64,000 nt of DNA. It comes from the human T2T-CHM13v2.0 reference genome, Homo sapiens. Below are positions 26,604 through 40,577 of the stretch, piece after piece. The notes beneath the pieces are model-generated. The model saw only the letters and a list, made by a program, of their open reading frames with translations, ran no database searches and was not told the origin of the DNA. Within the stretch, counting starts at the first letter, position 1, and every line of letters begins with the position of its first letter. Where the stretch lies: the NCBI RefSeq assembly GCF_009914755.1, contig NC_060932.1; one strand, written 5' to 3'. The position numbers were made by a program, and so were the translations under genes.

Positions 26604-26960
26604 CTGTAGTTATCTCTAACATGTTCTCCCAGATCTGGCCCCCTGGCTAAAGGCTATATTTCACAGCCTCCCTTGCAGCTAGGACTGTCTAGCTGATTCT
26701 GGCCTGCAGGAACTGATGTTTGAACTTCTGGTCTGTGGTATTACAGGAGAGTGACTTTTCTTTCCACTTTCCTGCTGGCTGGACTGTGAGAAATGGAAGA
26801 CTCCTCCTTTGGAAGTTGAATGTTGAGCATGGCAGAGCTACAAGACAGAAGCAGCCTGGTTCTCTGTTACCACTAACCAGCCATAGCTGTTCTGGAGTTT
26901 TACATGAGAGAGAAATGGATTTGTTTAAGCTATGGAGGTTTAGGATTCTTCGTCATAGCA
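26604..26960 (+). mobile_element. Old MLT1 (J/K-like) MaLR fragment
   Basis: tatttcacagcctcccttgcagctagg...ggcagagctacaagacagaagcagcctgg...ttgtttaagc. Confidence 0.55.
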
Positions 26961-28915
26961 AAACTAAGAAACAAACAAAAAAATACAGAACAAAACAAAA
27001 CAACCCAATAGTATCCTTACTAACACTGATACTAAAATGTTTTACTATTTTCGAAGTACACTGGAAAAAAAAAGAACAAAGGCTATAATTATGTTGAAGA
27101 GAAACACTTAGAAGTTTGCTTCAACCTTTCATAAAATAATCTTTTAGGAAATTTATGACACTACCTGGAACAAGATCCTAAAGCTTTGTATTACGCATTC
27201 CACTGTACCATAAAGAAGCTAATGCCTAGAGGCTGATCGAGAAGCCATTAATTTAGCAAAGCAAATTCTAATCCAATAAACCAGTTATCTACTGATTGAT
27301 CATAATGAAAACTCTAAAACAAGTCACCAAAAACATTTCTATTTTCTGTTCAGTCATTCCATTTACAAAGACAAAAAAAATAATACTTTTGTAGCTTGCA
27401 CAATATAGGCTGTGAAGTTATAAAACATTAACATCCTTTGCTGCTTTTCAGAGGTTGAAAGTGATTATGCTTAATGGTATTACCCAGAAAGTACCTTGGT
27501 GCTATAAAATAAAGGGTCCATTATCAGATTGGGCTTCAAGGAGAGTGGAGCCCAGAAGTATTTGAAACAATCCTCCTTCTACTAGCTCAGTGGGCAGAGG
27601 AAGTGCTGACCCCCATACAGTCTGCCTGTGAGTTTGGTTCAGAGGGGTAGAGGACTGCAGCATTGCATGTCTTTAACCAGCAAAGCAGGAGGCCCCAACA
27701 CACAGAACATACTGCAGGGAAGAAAGCTTTGGGTATAACGAGCTGATAAACAATCAGCACTTAGGGGCTGTACTTTGAGCTAGTGCATAAGGAAAACTAA
27801 AAATATTCTACCATTAACAAGGGGCAAGAGCTAGAAGGAAGTTCCAGAAGGCACTGGAGAACTATTCCATTAACTACACACTAACTTGTGGGGAAACGTT
27901 CTTAACCAACCTTAGAACCAAGGACATGTCCTTTGTAGTTCCTAACGCCCCCAAATGTAGAGCACATATTTCAACCTGTCACTGATGAGCTGACATGGCC
28001 CTTTCCTGCTTTAGGCTCTTACTATGAATGGCGCCTGCTTGCTTTGTTTATTCAGGGTGTGCAATGCTGAATGAAGCTCTCTACTTCTCTGATCTGACTA
28101 GATCTGGTTTCAGGGTGTAGGATAAGTGAAAAAGAGGCAGGAAAACAAGATTTTGATGATAGAGGCCTTGAAAGCCATGCAGAGGATTCTGCCTTTGATG
28201 TAGTCGACAACAGGGAGCCAAAGTAGGTCTTTGAGCAAGGGAGTGATATGATAAAAAGCCTTATTTTAATAAGCTCATCAATATGAGAAAGGACTAGAGA
28301 ATGGCAGATCAGTTAGGAGAGAACTACATTAACCCAGACTGAGATTAAAACAAAAAGTCTTATATGTGGCTGGTGGTCATTACAAGGGAGAGGAGAGTAC
28401 AAATGGGATACTTTTTACAGGAACAGAGGGAACTAGAGATGCATTTCTTCCTTAAGAGTGACACAAGAGGCATATTTGAAGACATGGAATAAAACTCATT
28501 AAGGATGCAAACATAGTGAAGAATATAAAAGGTCAAACCAACAATTTACCATCAAATCAGGACCCTTCTCAGTTGGGAAGGAGGCACTGCTGATGACTAC
28601 ACCAGAACAGCAGGTGCAAACTGGGACAGTCCCTGGCAACCCCAGGCCAGTCCTGGGAAAAGGGGGACTTTTGCCCATCATATCTGAAAAGAGCCTTAAC
28701 TACCAGTGCAGAAGGCAACTCAGATTCACATGACTGGCTCTGATTTCTTGTGCTCTAGACCTAGGTTTCCAAAAGCTCAGAGAACATTCAAAGGAAGCCA
28801 CCATCAGGACATAAAAGAACACAAAAACTGCTCCTGAGACAAAGGTGGGGGAATAGCCAGAGAGGTAAGGTAGAAAACTAGTATTATGTCTCTGGGGTTG
28901 AAACTGCTCTACTGA

Positions 28916-29300
<385 letters not shown>

Positions 29301-29861
29301 CCCAAACTACTTTTCAAAAAAAAATCTTACTTCAAGTCTACTTCTGTGAATAGTCATATCCTGTTTCCATGGATGACTATTGGCTTGTGGACAAATAACC
29401 ATAAGTGGGGCCATAAGCACAGCATGGGTGTGGCTAACCAGCACATACCAGCTGCGTGCATAGTGAGTGATACCCAGCCCTGCTCATACCTATGGTCATG
29501 GGAAAAAAGGATATGCCATTCATCAAAGTGGCTTCCCTGAGACACAAAGAAGAAGGGGGAAGAAACTGTCCCAAGACGTGAGAGGCATCTTCAATAAATG
29601 CAGGGCTGTCATGAGAAAAAAGGAGTCCATGGAACTTTGCAAGCAGACCCAGTACAAGTAGATTAATACGAGCATATTACTTGGTTCCAGTCCCAAGAAG
29701 CAGCCATGATGGTGGGAAGCCAGTCCTCTCTGCATACTCAGCCTATGTGCAGCAGGGCTAGATGATCAGAATTGGCAAGGACATAGCAAGGATGTTCACC
29801 TCTCCTTCTTGGTTCATTGAGCTCTTCTGTCAGCCCTCAGGAATCTGTTCATCCCACACAG

Positions 29862-30385
29862 CAGGGGTCCCAAAACTCCTGGCCACAGACCGGTTCCAGT
29901 TGATGGCCTGTTAGAAACCGGGCCGCACAGCAGGAGGTGAGTGGCAGGCTAGCCAGCAAAGCTTCATCTGTATTTGCAGCTGCTACCCATTGCTTGCATT
30001 TCCGCCTGAGCTCTGCCTCCTGTCGATCATCAGTAGCATTAGATTCTCAATAGGAGCGAGAACCCTATTGTGAACTACCCATGCGAGGGATCTAGGTTGC
30101 ATGTTCCTTATAAAAATCTAATTTCTGATGATACGTCACTGTTTCCCGTCATCCCCAGATGGGACTGCCTAGTTGCAGGAAAACAAGCTCAGGGCTTCCA
30201 CTGATTCTTTGTTATGGTGAGTCCTATAATTATTTCATTACATATTATAACGTAATAACAATAGAAATAAAGTGCACAATAAATGTAATGCACTTGAATC
30301 ATTCTGAAACCACCCCCGCCACAACCGTAGAAAAATTGTCTTCCACAAAACCAGTCCCTGTTGCCAAAAAGGTTGGGGACCACTA
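29862..30385 (+). mobile_element. MER1A hAT-Charlie non-autonomous transposon, complete, 8-bp TSD CCACACAG
   Basis: Termini caggggtccc...ggttggggaccacta; TSD at 29854-29861 and 30386-30393. Confidence 0.92.
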
Positions 30386-30829
30386 CCACACAGCACTTAC
30401 ACATTGTATAGTAATTTGATGTGTGGGCAATTTTCTCTACTGTACAGCAAGCTATCAGAGGGCATTCACTCTGTTGGTCAAGTTCTCAGCACACAATGGG
30501 CATCCAAATAATACTTGCATGAACAAAGGCACACAATCACAGCTACTTTCTGTTCTACTTTTGTGTGTGTGTGTGTGTGCGCGTGTGTGTGTGACAACAG
30601 AAAGTTCTTTCTTCTTCTGTTTTCTATCCCTTATGGGCCCTGCATGCTTTTCTAATAATGATTCATTATCGGTGACTCATCATCACCCTAGAGAAGGTGA
30701 CCAAAATTAAACCTCCAATTTTACCTATATAATCTCTTTTCCTTTATTGTTCTGAAACTATCAGTTCCCCAAACAAGAGTAAATCTTCCAGTTTTTCTTA
30801 AAAGCAATTCTTCTCTGTGCCTGAATAAG

Positions 30830-31290
30830 TGGCAGAGTGAGAAGTACAGTGGTGGAGTCAGGCAGAGCTGGGTGAGAATCTCAAGTGTGTCCTTGAGCTA
30901 GTTAGCCCTGAACTTGGGCTATCTGGACTGTACTTCATTTAGCCTATTTGTAAAATGAGGATAACAAATGCATAAGGTTGTTCTTAGAATTAATGTTTTT
31001 ATAAATGTTTATATTAAGTCTTGGTAAGTATTTTACTATCCTGTTAAGTTCTTACTAAGTGCCAAGAACCATGCTATTCTTGAATCCTCCCAGCAACTTG
31101 GTGAGGAAGGTCTAATATTACCTCCATTGTCCAAGATAAGGAAACCTCAGTTTAAGAAGTTAAATAACTTGTCTAAGATAACAGAGCTACTAAATGTGGG
31201 AGAGCAAAAACTGAGACCCAGGCAGTTAAACTTCAGACTTATGCTACGCTGACACATGAAGAAGGCACTCAATAAGTAGTTTTCAAAAAT
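30830..31290. mobile_element. Two MIR fragments in opposite orientation
   Basis: tttgtaaaatgaggataac versus gataaggaaacctcagtttaagaagttaaataacttgtc. Confidence 0.65.
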
Positions 31291-31734
31291 CATGGCCATG
31301 TTAGTTCTACAATTTTGCCAGAATTTATTGTTACTGTCTGAGATCTCTCTTTTACCACTATTTTAAAAATCTACCCTAATTTTCTGTGACGCAGAAGATT
31401 TTTTTTTTTGGTTTCAATATCACAGCATAATAAATAATCAGGTCTGCTTTTGGGAAAACAGGGAGATGAGGGAGAAAAAGAGAAACACAGAATGATGTTT
31501 GCTTGTCTCACTTACTGACGGACATTTATTGATCCCTGAAATGTTTGGCTTGGCATTTGTAACCCCTGAAGCCCTTGACATAAAGTACCAATAAATATAA
31601 TCGAAGTCGTTATTTTCGACTTTGCTTCATTCCTTTCCTATGCATTTAAAGATCTGTCTTGTAAGTGTTTAATGTAGTTAACAAAAAAGGCACTAGCTTT
31701 TGTCATCAGATTTTTCTTGTAGTCTTTCCACACA

Positions 31735-32065
31735 TTTTTTTAAGTTTTTAATTTTTGTGGGTATATAGAAGTATATACATACTACTATATACCCAATATA
31801 TATTTATGGGGTACATGAGATGTTTTGACACAGGCATGCAATGTAAAATAAGCACATCGTAGAGAATGGGGTATCTATCCCCTTAAGCGTTTATTCTCTG
31901 TGTTACAACAATTCAGTCACACTGTTAGTCATTTCAAAATGTACAATTAGATTATTGACTATGGTTACCCTGTTGTGCAAGCAAACAGGTCTTACTCTTT
32001 CTAACGTTTTTAAATGACCATTAATCATCCCTATTTCTCCCCAAATCTCCCACTACCCATCCCAA
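31735..32065 (-). mobile_element. L1MA 3' end
   Basis: tatttatggggtacatgagatgttttgacacaggcatgcaatg...gagaatggggtatc. Confidence 0.8.
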
Positions 32066-34442
32066 GGCAATTTTTTTTTTCTGAGACACTTAAATTTACC
32101 ATTTACTAAGCATCTATTACACACTTGGCACTATCCAATTGTTACTAGTTTATGTCTAAAGAGGACTGCCCTCATTAGCTACTCTCAGGAGGCATGCTGG
32201 TCTGCCCTGTGTGTTCCATTTTTTATTCATGCTCAGGGTCCTGTAAATGATAATCACATATTATTAGATTCTACAAAGACCTACAAAAATATTTTTACAT
32301 GAATGCAAGAACTAGGGCTGCCCCTTCATTAGTAGCAAAAAACAAATGAGAAAAATTATTAAGGAATAAAGATGAGGTGGCTCAGAATAACTTTGGATGG
32401 ATGAAACCAGCCAAAAAAACTGCTAAATACTCTTCTACCATGTCTTCCCATCAGATTCTTGTTCACCGGAAGGCTAAACTTGCAGAAAGTAGTTTTGGAG
32501 TAAACAAAGCAAAACATTCTCAAAGCTGAGCAGCATTTCTGTCTTTTGCGATGAGAAAATGACATGTCTAATGAAGGTAGAATTCCCCATTTTTAACAGT
32601 GAATATGCTCAGAAATATTTTTGCTTTTAAAGAAGCTCTAGGCTTGTATTGCAATGGTCGAGTGAGACTCACTTCTTTTCATTCTCTCATCTTTTTCTTC
32701 CCTCCTACTCTTAGACATCTGGTAATTTATACACTTGGGATTAACTTATGTAGCAACTGAAGAGAAAATAGCAATTATTATGTCCATTGCTGAAAACAGA
32801 GAAGGTAATGAAACTTTTTCCTGAAGGGTTCCAGTCGCTACAAATTCTATACGAAAAGGGTGCCACCACTGGCCTCATTTCCTCTTCAAAGTGGTGCTTA
32901 GGGAAGGGTGCACACCTGCTCAGCTGAAGCAGGCCTGGTAACTTTTCACGGAGGAGTGCCACACGCTGAAATAATTATGCACAGAGCCACAGCTGAGTGG
33001 AGGAGTGAGGTCTTAGGTCATACACGTGTGTCTAAATCTGTGATCTATGTTTATCGTCTGACCCGACATCAGCCAGGAGAGTCAGAATTAAGTCCCCCAC
33101 AACCCAAGCCTGCACCATCAGTCTTTAAACATGAGCTTCTTTTTTCCAGATCTCTAAAGGGGTCACAAATTATCGGAGGTAAAGTTGAGATCTTGTATGT
33201 CCAGGCCAAAAGGCAGCCCTGGGATGTTAATTCCTTTCCGTTCCTCCCAGAAATACTGGGGTGGAAAAATCCGTGATCATATTGCCATCTATAGCCCCTA
33301 CCTCAGCCAACACCTCCATCTCATCCTGCCTCCCCTAAAACTGAGGACATGTTTCCAAAATTTCCTCTGTAAGCACTGTATTCAGAGGAACCCTAAAGGC
33401 AGTGCCAAGATTCTTTGGGAGAGAAAGAGAAATACAATTCTCTTTTCCAGGGTCACACTTACAAATTCTCTTTTACACTATTTCTAAAAAGAACAACTTG
33501 GTTTTAAGACACTGTACACTACCTTGTCATGATCCAGATCTACATGAAAACTTTTCTCAGGTGGTGATTATTGAATGATAGTAGCCTATTTAAAAATATG
33601 TAAGACACTGAGTTTACTCCTCTGTAAAAAGGAATTGAACTAGAGGAAGTATTTAAGGTTTTTCCAGATCTAAAGTGCAGGCAAGCCATAATTTCCAGAT
33701 TCTAAGAACGACCCCCTGCATATGTGAGCAAATCACATGCTGTCTATACCACAGCAAGCCTTCAGGATAATAAGAATGTGCATAGTAACACACGGCTTCC
33801 AGCCCTCTGCCTCCTGAAGAAAGGCATATAGAAAGCATGCTTACCTACGGAGGGGGGACAAAACTGATTGTTTTACTCCTATGTTTTTCCTTCAGAAAAA
33901 CTATCCATAATTTTACAGTTGACTACTTTTATTCTGCTTATTTTGAGTTGAATCATTTGCATTGCTCATATTTAAAAATCTAATAACCACTCTACAGACT
34001 AATAAGCACAGACAAAAAAAAAATCACACTCAGTTCTTAATCACTGATGAATTTCAACCCACCGCTCCTACATACAATTGTAAAGAAAGGCTTAGTTTTC
34101 AGGTCATAAATCATGTAGGACAACAGCATCCCCAAGCATCAACCAAGGCAAACACTGTAAATACTGACCATGGCTACTCCAAAGACAGAATCCCATTCAA
34201 CCCTGGGTCCACAGCTAAGGTTGGCACATGATAAAAAGTATAAAAAGCCAGGTTGGAGCCCACCACATTCTCTCAGTGAGCTAAAGCCAAGAGCAGAGAG
34301 CTGTGAGTACATTTTATATAGAGGACCGTGAAAGTGTGCAGATTCACTCAGAGACCCCCAAATCAGAAAAAGTGAGGCACACTCTGGAGCAAACCAGCCC
34401 CCAGATCCAAATCAAAGCTGTGTAGGGCATGAATGTCGCTCC

Positions 34443-34935
<493 letters not shown>

Positions 34936-35462
34936 CAACTTGAGGCCTCTAACTTTTCTGTGCAAGCTTTCTTTCTCTATCTTCTTCAGCATGAGGATCC
35001 TACCTAATTGCAAATGATTTGTCTGATGGGCTAAACAAGCAGACATGGATTATTCCAAGCTTAATGTTTTTTTGATCTCCCATGACAGATTCCTAAACGG
35101 ATTCCACCTAATGAAATGCACAATGAACAATCATGATGAGAACGTGCACGGGGGTACCTATAGCACCCAGATCCGAACAGCTGGCTTCAGTTCACTGCTC
35201 CTGACTTACAGGAGTGGTCAGTGGCTTTATTGGGCTTCAGGGAGATCTTGGTACTCATTCTGCATCAGCAGCACCCAGACCTGCTGCTGTTTCAGAGGTT
35301 CTCGTGGGGAATAGGAGGCCTTCGAGTGCTTTGCCACCTTGGCTGCACATTTGGAATCATTTAGGGAGCCAGACCTTGAAAACAGAAACCGTGGTGGTGG
35401 GATCAGTGGTTTAAAAAGCTCCTTAGGTGATTCCAATATTCAACCACCATGCTGGTCTGGAG

Positions 35463-35932
35463 CAGGGCTTCTCAGAGCTCCACATGCATAGAAGTCACCT
35501 GGGGATCTCATTAAACTGCAGCTCTGACGTAGGTTGGAACAGGGGCCTAAGAGTTTTTATTTTTCTTTTTTGAGACAGAGTTTCGCTCTTGTTGCCCAGG
35601 CTGGATGGAGTGCCAAGTCCCCATCTCGGCTCACTGCAACCTCCGCCTCCCAGGTTCAAGCGATTCTCCTGCCTCAGCCTCCTGAGTAGCTCGGATTACA
35701 GGTGCCTACCACCACGCCCAGCTAATTTTTGTATTTTTAGTAGAGATGAGGTTTCCCCATGTCGGTCAGGCTGGTCTTGAACTCGTGACCTCAGGCAATC
35801 TGCTTGTCTCGGCCTTGCGAAGTGCTGGGATTACAGGTGTGAGCCACCACGCCTGGCCGAGTCTGCATTTCTAAAGAAGCTTCCAGGTGATGCTGGTGCC
35901 ACTGGCTCTTCAGCCACACTTGGAGTAGCAAG
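35463..35932. mobile_element. MER5A split by an AluS
   Basis: cagggcttctcag..gtcacctggggatctcattaaa [Alu] tctgcatttcta..ccaggtgatgctg..gagtagcaag. Confidence 0.7.
35555..35858 (-). mobile_element. AluS (Sq/Sp-like)
   Basis: Reverse dimer with tttcgctcttgttgcccagg. Confidence 0.93.
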
Positions 35933-37993
35933 ACTTCACTTTAGAATGAGGTCTGCTTTTTCTTCCAAGCAAACCTTGGAGAAAACCATTTCCTTCTCTT
36001 TTTTCCCATGTTGATGATGAAAGCTTTTAAAAATTATTATTTGCATCCACTTGCTCCTATTCCAATATGCCACAAAACCCATTACAGGGGATGTGCCTCG
36101 CCCTATTAAATAAGCATAGGCACCTAGGGTGCCTCCTGTTACCTTTCATGCCCAGTCCTGGTTGTGCTCTAAAACAGAGAGTGAGCCACTATTTCCTCAT
36201 CACACTCACAAAACTTTTCGGGCTTCCTGGAGAGTCATAGCCAAGAACTCCTGTACCCTCTAATACTATAGCCAGAGTCCCTGTTAGAAGAGAGAGCACC
36301 CAATCTTTCCCATCTTCTCTACCTGGGGAGTTGAACCAAAACTCCTCTGACAGATTCAATGTCAGGTTCATGAAACAGCTGAAATGGTTTTCATTTGAAA
36401 TGATGCTCTGAATTTTTCTGCAACTTTCTCAGCATCAGTTTGGTTAATGCCTCCTCTGTGTCCCTCACAAATCCTGGCATGTCCTCTACTGTAGGAATTA
36501 CCACATCAAATTTCTTGTCTGGTTTCCTCATGAGGCTGCTTTCTCCTTGAATACAGAACTGTATCCTTTTGGTCTTCCTGTGCACTTCCTTATACCTCCT
36601 CGAGGGAATACAATGTTTCCTGAAGGAGTGATCAACGATGTCTGTTGGATGAACGATGAACCAGGGAAGAAATTCATTTAACAAACATTAACATAGATGC
36701 TTCTGTGTCCAGATAGAGGAGAGAGCACCTTGGGAGCAGAGAACACTATGGGTGCTTTTGGAGAGTGGAAGTTCCCCGGGTGATCATGTCTGGTTTCGTT
36801 TCTTTTTTATGTTGCCTTCTTTCCTGACTTCCTGGCCTTGTACTTTTGTCTTCCTAAACTGGTCAGGCTGCTCTGCAAGACTCACAGCAGTACTCACAGG
36901 CCTTTTAGATGAGCCCAGGAAAGCCAATGATCTGTGGAAATAAGAGGTTACTGTGTAAATAAAACACTTCATCTCTTTGCATTTCGCTATGTCAGAACAA
37001 TGTATAAATCTGTCATATTATATCACAACATTAAACTAGGAATGTTCAGTCTCTGACTGAGAATTAAACTCATCCTCAAATCATTCTGAAGGATTGGATC
37101 CCGCAAGCATGTTCGGCAGAGGCTCTCCAGACTCTGAGACCAAAGGAATCATTTCCTGGACCATCAAAAATGCCAGAAACTCCGGTGACATCCTGTAACC
37201 TTCCTAAAAATTTCAGATCAAAGAGAGGTTCTCAAACAATAGAAGCCATACCTAGCAATCATTCTCTGTTTTACTAAGGACCAGGTTATCTGATCAAACT
37301 TCTCTTGGAGTAGATAAGCTCCCATAAAATGAGAGATAAATGGAGTCCATTTAGCAAATGGGAGGAGGAGGGAACAGTTTTATAGATGAATTCAAAGATA
37401 AAAGTTCCATTTTTAAGGCACTGAGAGGGAGTGAATTATTAAACCAGCTAGGGATTTGGAGATGGGAAGATGAGAAGTTCTATTTATTGGCTATGCCTTT
37501 ATCATAGTTTAGTGGAAGAGTGAACTTTATTAAAAGAAATATTACCATGCACAGAAAGAAATGAAACTACTTGGGAAAAGAAAATATCATCCTTGATTCG
37601 AGTCCATTGTTGATGATGAGATCATTTTTAATGTCTCTTCCAGAACTGAAATTCTATGATACCATGGAGGAAGATTTTGCAATTTCTTTCCTCAGGTATA
37701 TGAGTGAGAGCTACATAGATTTACGTTGTTAAAGCTATCTGGAGAAGATAAACAGTGTGGTAGCACTTTCTTCAGACAAAAGTTGTACAGACATCCCTCC
37801 CGTTGCAGTTTGTGATCATTCCTCAACATGCTATTTGCATAGACCTTATCGCCTGTCACTTCTTTTTTATAGCGTTCTGCCACTATTCCAACAGGTAAGG
37901 AAACAGCAAATGTGAAGGTAGGCTACTGCCCCATGCGGTCTTGGCAAGTCTGTGAGGAATGTTCTGAAGCTTCCCTTAACAACACCTCACTGA

Positions 37994-38443
<450 letters not shown>

Positions 38444-38449
38444 AGAAGT

Positions 38450-39500
38450 GCACTCTTGAACCTTGACCATGGCTTTGCCTCCCTACCACCCCGCTGAAAC
38501 TTTCTCTCAAATATCAGCGGTGATTTCTAAGTGGAAAAATGTTTTGTTCTCACCCTACTCCACATCTGCATGGCTTCTGAGGCTGCTTGCCAGTTGCTGT
38601 TTGAAACTCTCTTCTCCCTTGGGCTCTGAGATATTGTCTTCTTCTGTTCCTGTCCTTCCTGGGGTTCCTCTCTAATTTCTGCCTGCTTAAATAGTAGACA
38701 TTTTATGAGGCCTCTGCCTGCCTTCTTCTCTTCTTGATCCATTGCTGCAGATATGGTTTCTGGCTTTGTGACACTCAGTGCTGGTGGAGGGGCTAGGTAG
38801 TTACACAAACTCCTTGTTACATTTGGTGGTTCCATTAATCCTATAGGAACAAATCGGAGATGCTGTGATGCAAAGTTAAGAGGGCAGGTACGGATCGCAT
38901 GTGTAGGGTGTTGGGAGGAAGTGGACGTCTAAACCAAGGATGAGAAGGAGCCAGTCATGCCCAGAGGAGGATGGTGGTGTGCAGGGAATAAGGGATGGGA
39001 TGAGACCGTTGCAGGCACAGGGAGCAGCAGGAGCTGTCTGCCAGTGAATCTCGACAGGATGAAGAGTGGCATTCGGGCTCCTCAGCTTGGCATTCAAGGC
39101 CCTCGAAAACATTTTCATTTTTATCTTCCTCAGTATTCTCTGAAGACTCTGTATCCTCTCCAGCTGTGTCCTTCCTCTGTGTTTGTTTATGGTGCTTCCT
39201 TGATACCAGTGGCCATCTCCATTCAGCCTTTCTGTCTCTATCTGGCCAAATCCTTCCATCCCTGCCAGACCCAGCTCAAGTCAGTATCTCCCATGAAGCT
39301 GTTCCAATCCATTTCTATCTGCAGTGGTCACCTTCTTTGAGTGGACAGCACTTATTCATATACACCCTTATGTTTGACTGTGTTGACACAACTCTGTATT
39401 ACCATTTATGAAAAACTCCTCCATGCCAAGCACTCGATTATGTCTGTCTTTGTACTCCACAGTGCCTAGGGCAGTGCTGGGTACACAGCAGACATCTGCT
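38450..39500 (+). mobile_element. L2 fragments
   Basis: Degenerate L2-like text ending cacagtgcctagggcagtgctgggtacacagcagac. Confidence 0.5.
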
Positions 39501-39834
39501 AACAAAGCCTTGGCACGCCTTTCAGCCCAGAGCTGCTAGGACCTCTTCCCTTTCTGGGAGCTCTCATCCAGAGCCCCAGTCTGCATCTTTGTCTTCGGCC
39601 AGGTGTCTCACAAGAAGAGTTCGGCTCACTCTGATGTGAAAGCAACTGGAAGAGTAAGTCTTATTAATGGGCAAGCCAATTATTATATGTTTAGGTCCTT
39701 ATAATTAGGTTACGATGATGTTTTATAGAATTTATAGAGCAAAACTAAAGTACTTTAGTGTAGGAAGGTGGGAATAAAGAGATCTACCTGATGACTCAAA
39801 GCAGCAGGAGGCTTCCATCTTCTCTCTGTCCTTG

Positions 39835-40577
39835 TGAAATGCGAGAGTTACTTGATCCCTCTCACAGGACATGTGACAGGGGTGTGGCTTGCCTGTTCTA
39901 TTGCTGCTGCTCAAAACCCTGATGGCAGGGGGAGCACGCGGATGGGCAGGTGCAGGATCCAGGGCAAGTGCTTTGGGCTCTGGCCCCACGGTAGTGTCTA
40001 GGGGTGGGTGCCTTTGGCCCCAGTGTTACAGTGCCCTCTTAGCCTTGCCATCCGCAGATGGTTTAAGTGTTAACCAGCTCAATGGACCCTCTGGCTTTTT
40101 GCAAGGGCAGAGGGCCAGTGTGGCAGCTTTCTGTATCCTGAACTCTTACCCAGCATCCCATAAGAATTGGGTTACACATGGGCTTGAAGGATGAATGTGG
40201 AGTTTTATTGTGGCTTTCAGTGGGATGGATGGGGAGCCGGAAGGGGGGATGGAGTGCGAAGATAATCTTCCCCTGAAGACACTGGAACAAGACACTGAAT
40301 GGTGTTCAGATGTTCCTCCTCCTCTTCTCTCTCTGCCGAAACATTCCACTATTTGTCTGCTTGTCTCATGTCCTCATCTGCTCATCTGCTTCTAGAGCCT
40401 GGGGTTCAGGGTTTATATGGGTACAGGATAGGGGCATGATGGGCCAAAAGGCAACTTTTGGGCATGAAAATAGGAAGGCCTATCCCCATTTAGGGCCATG
40501 GGTCTCCAGGCTTGAGGATAGGGCCTTTGCTGGGGAACCACCCTCTTCTAGTATTTCCCTGTCTCCTGTCTATATCA
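39835..40577 (-). mobile_element. Solo LTR1-family (ERV1) LTR, complete, 4-bp TSD CTTG
   Basis: Minus strand starts TGATATAGACAGGAGACAGGGAAATACTAGAAGAGGG and ends CTCGCATTTCA. CTTG at 39831-39834 and 40578-40581. Confidence 0.88.

Noticed and set aside
39860-39975. p53-like half sites in LTR1 (GGACATGTGA, GGGCAAGTGC)
   Set aside because: Both are imperfect and about 95 bp apart, so they do not form a paired response element.
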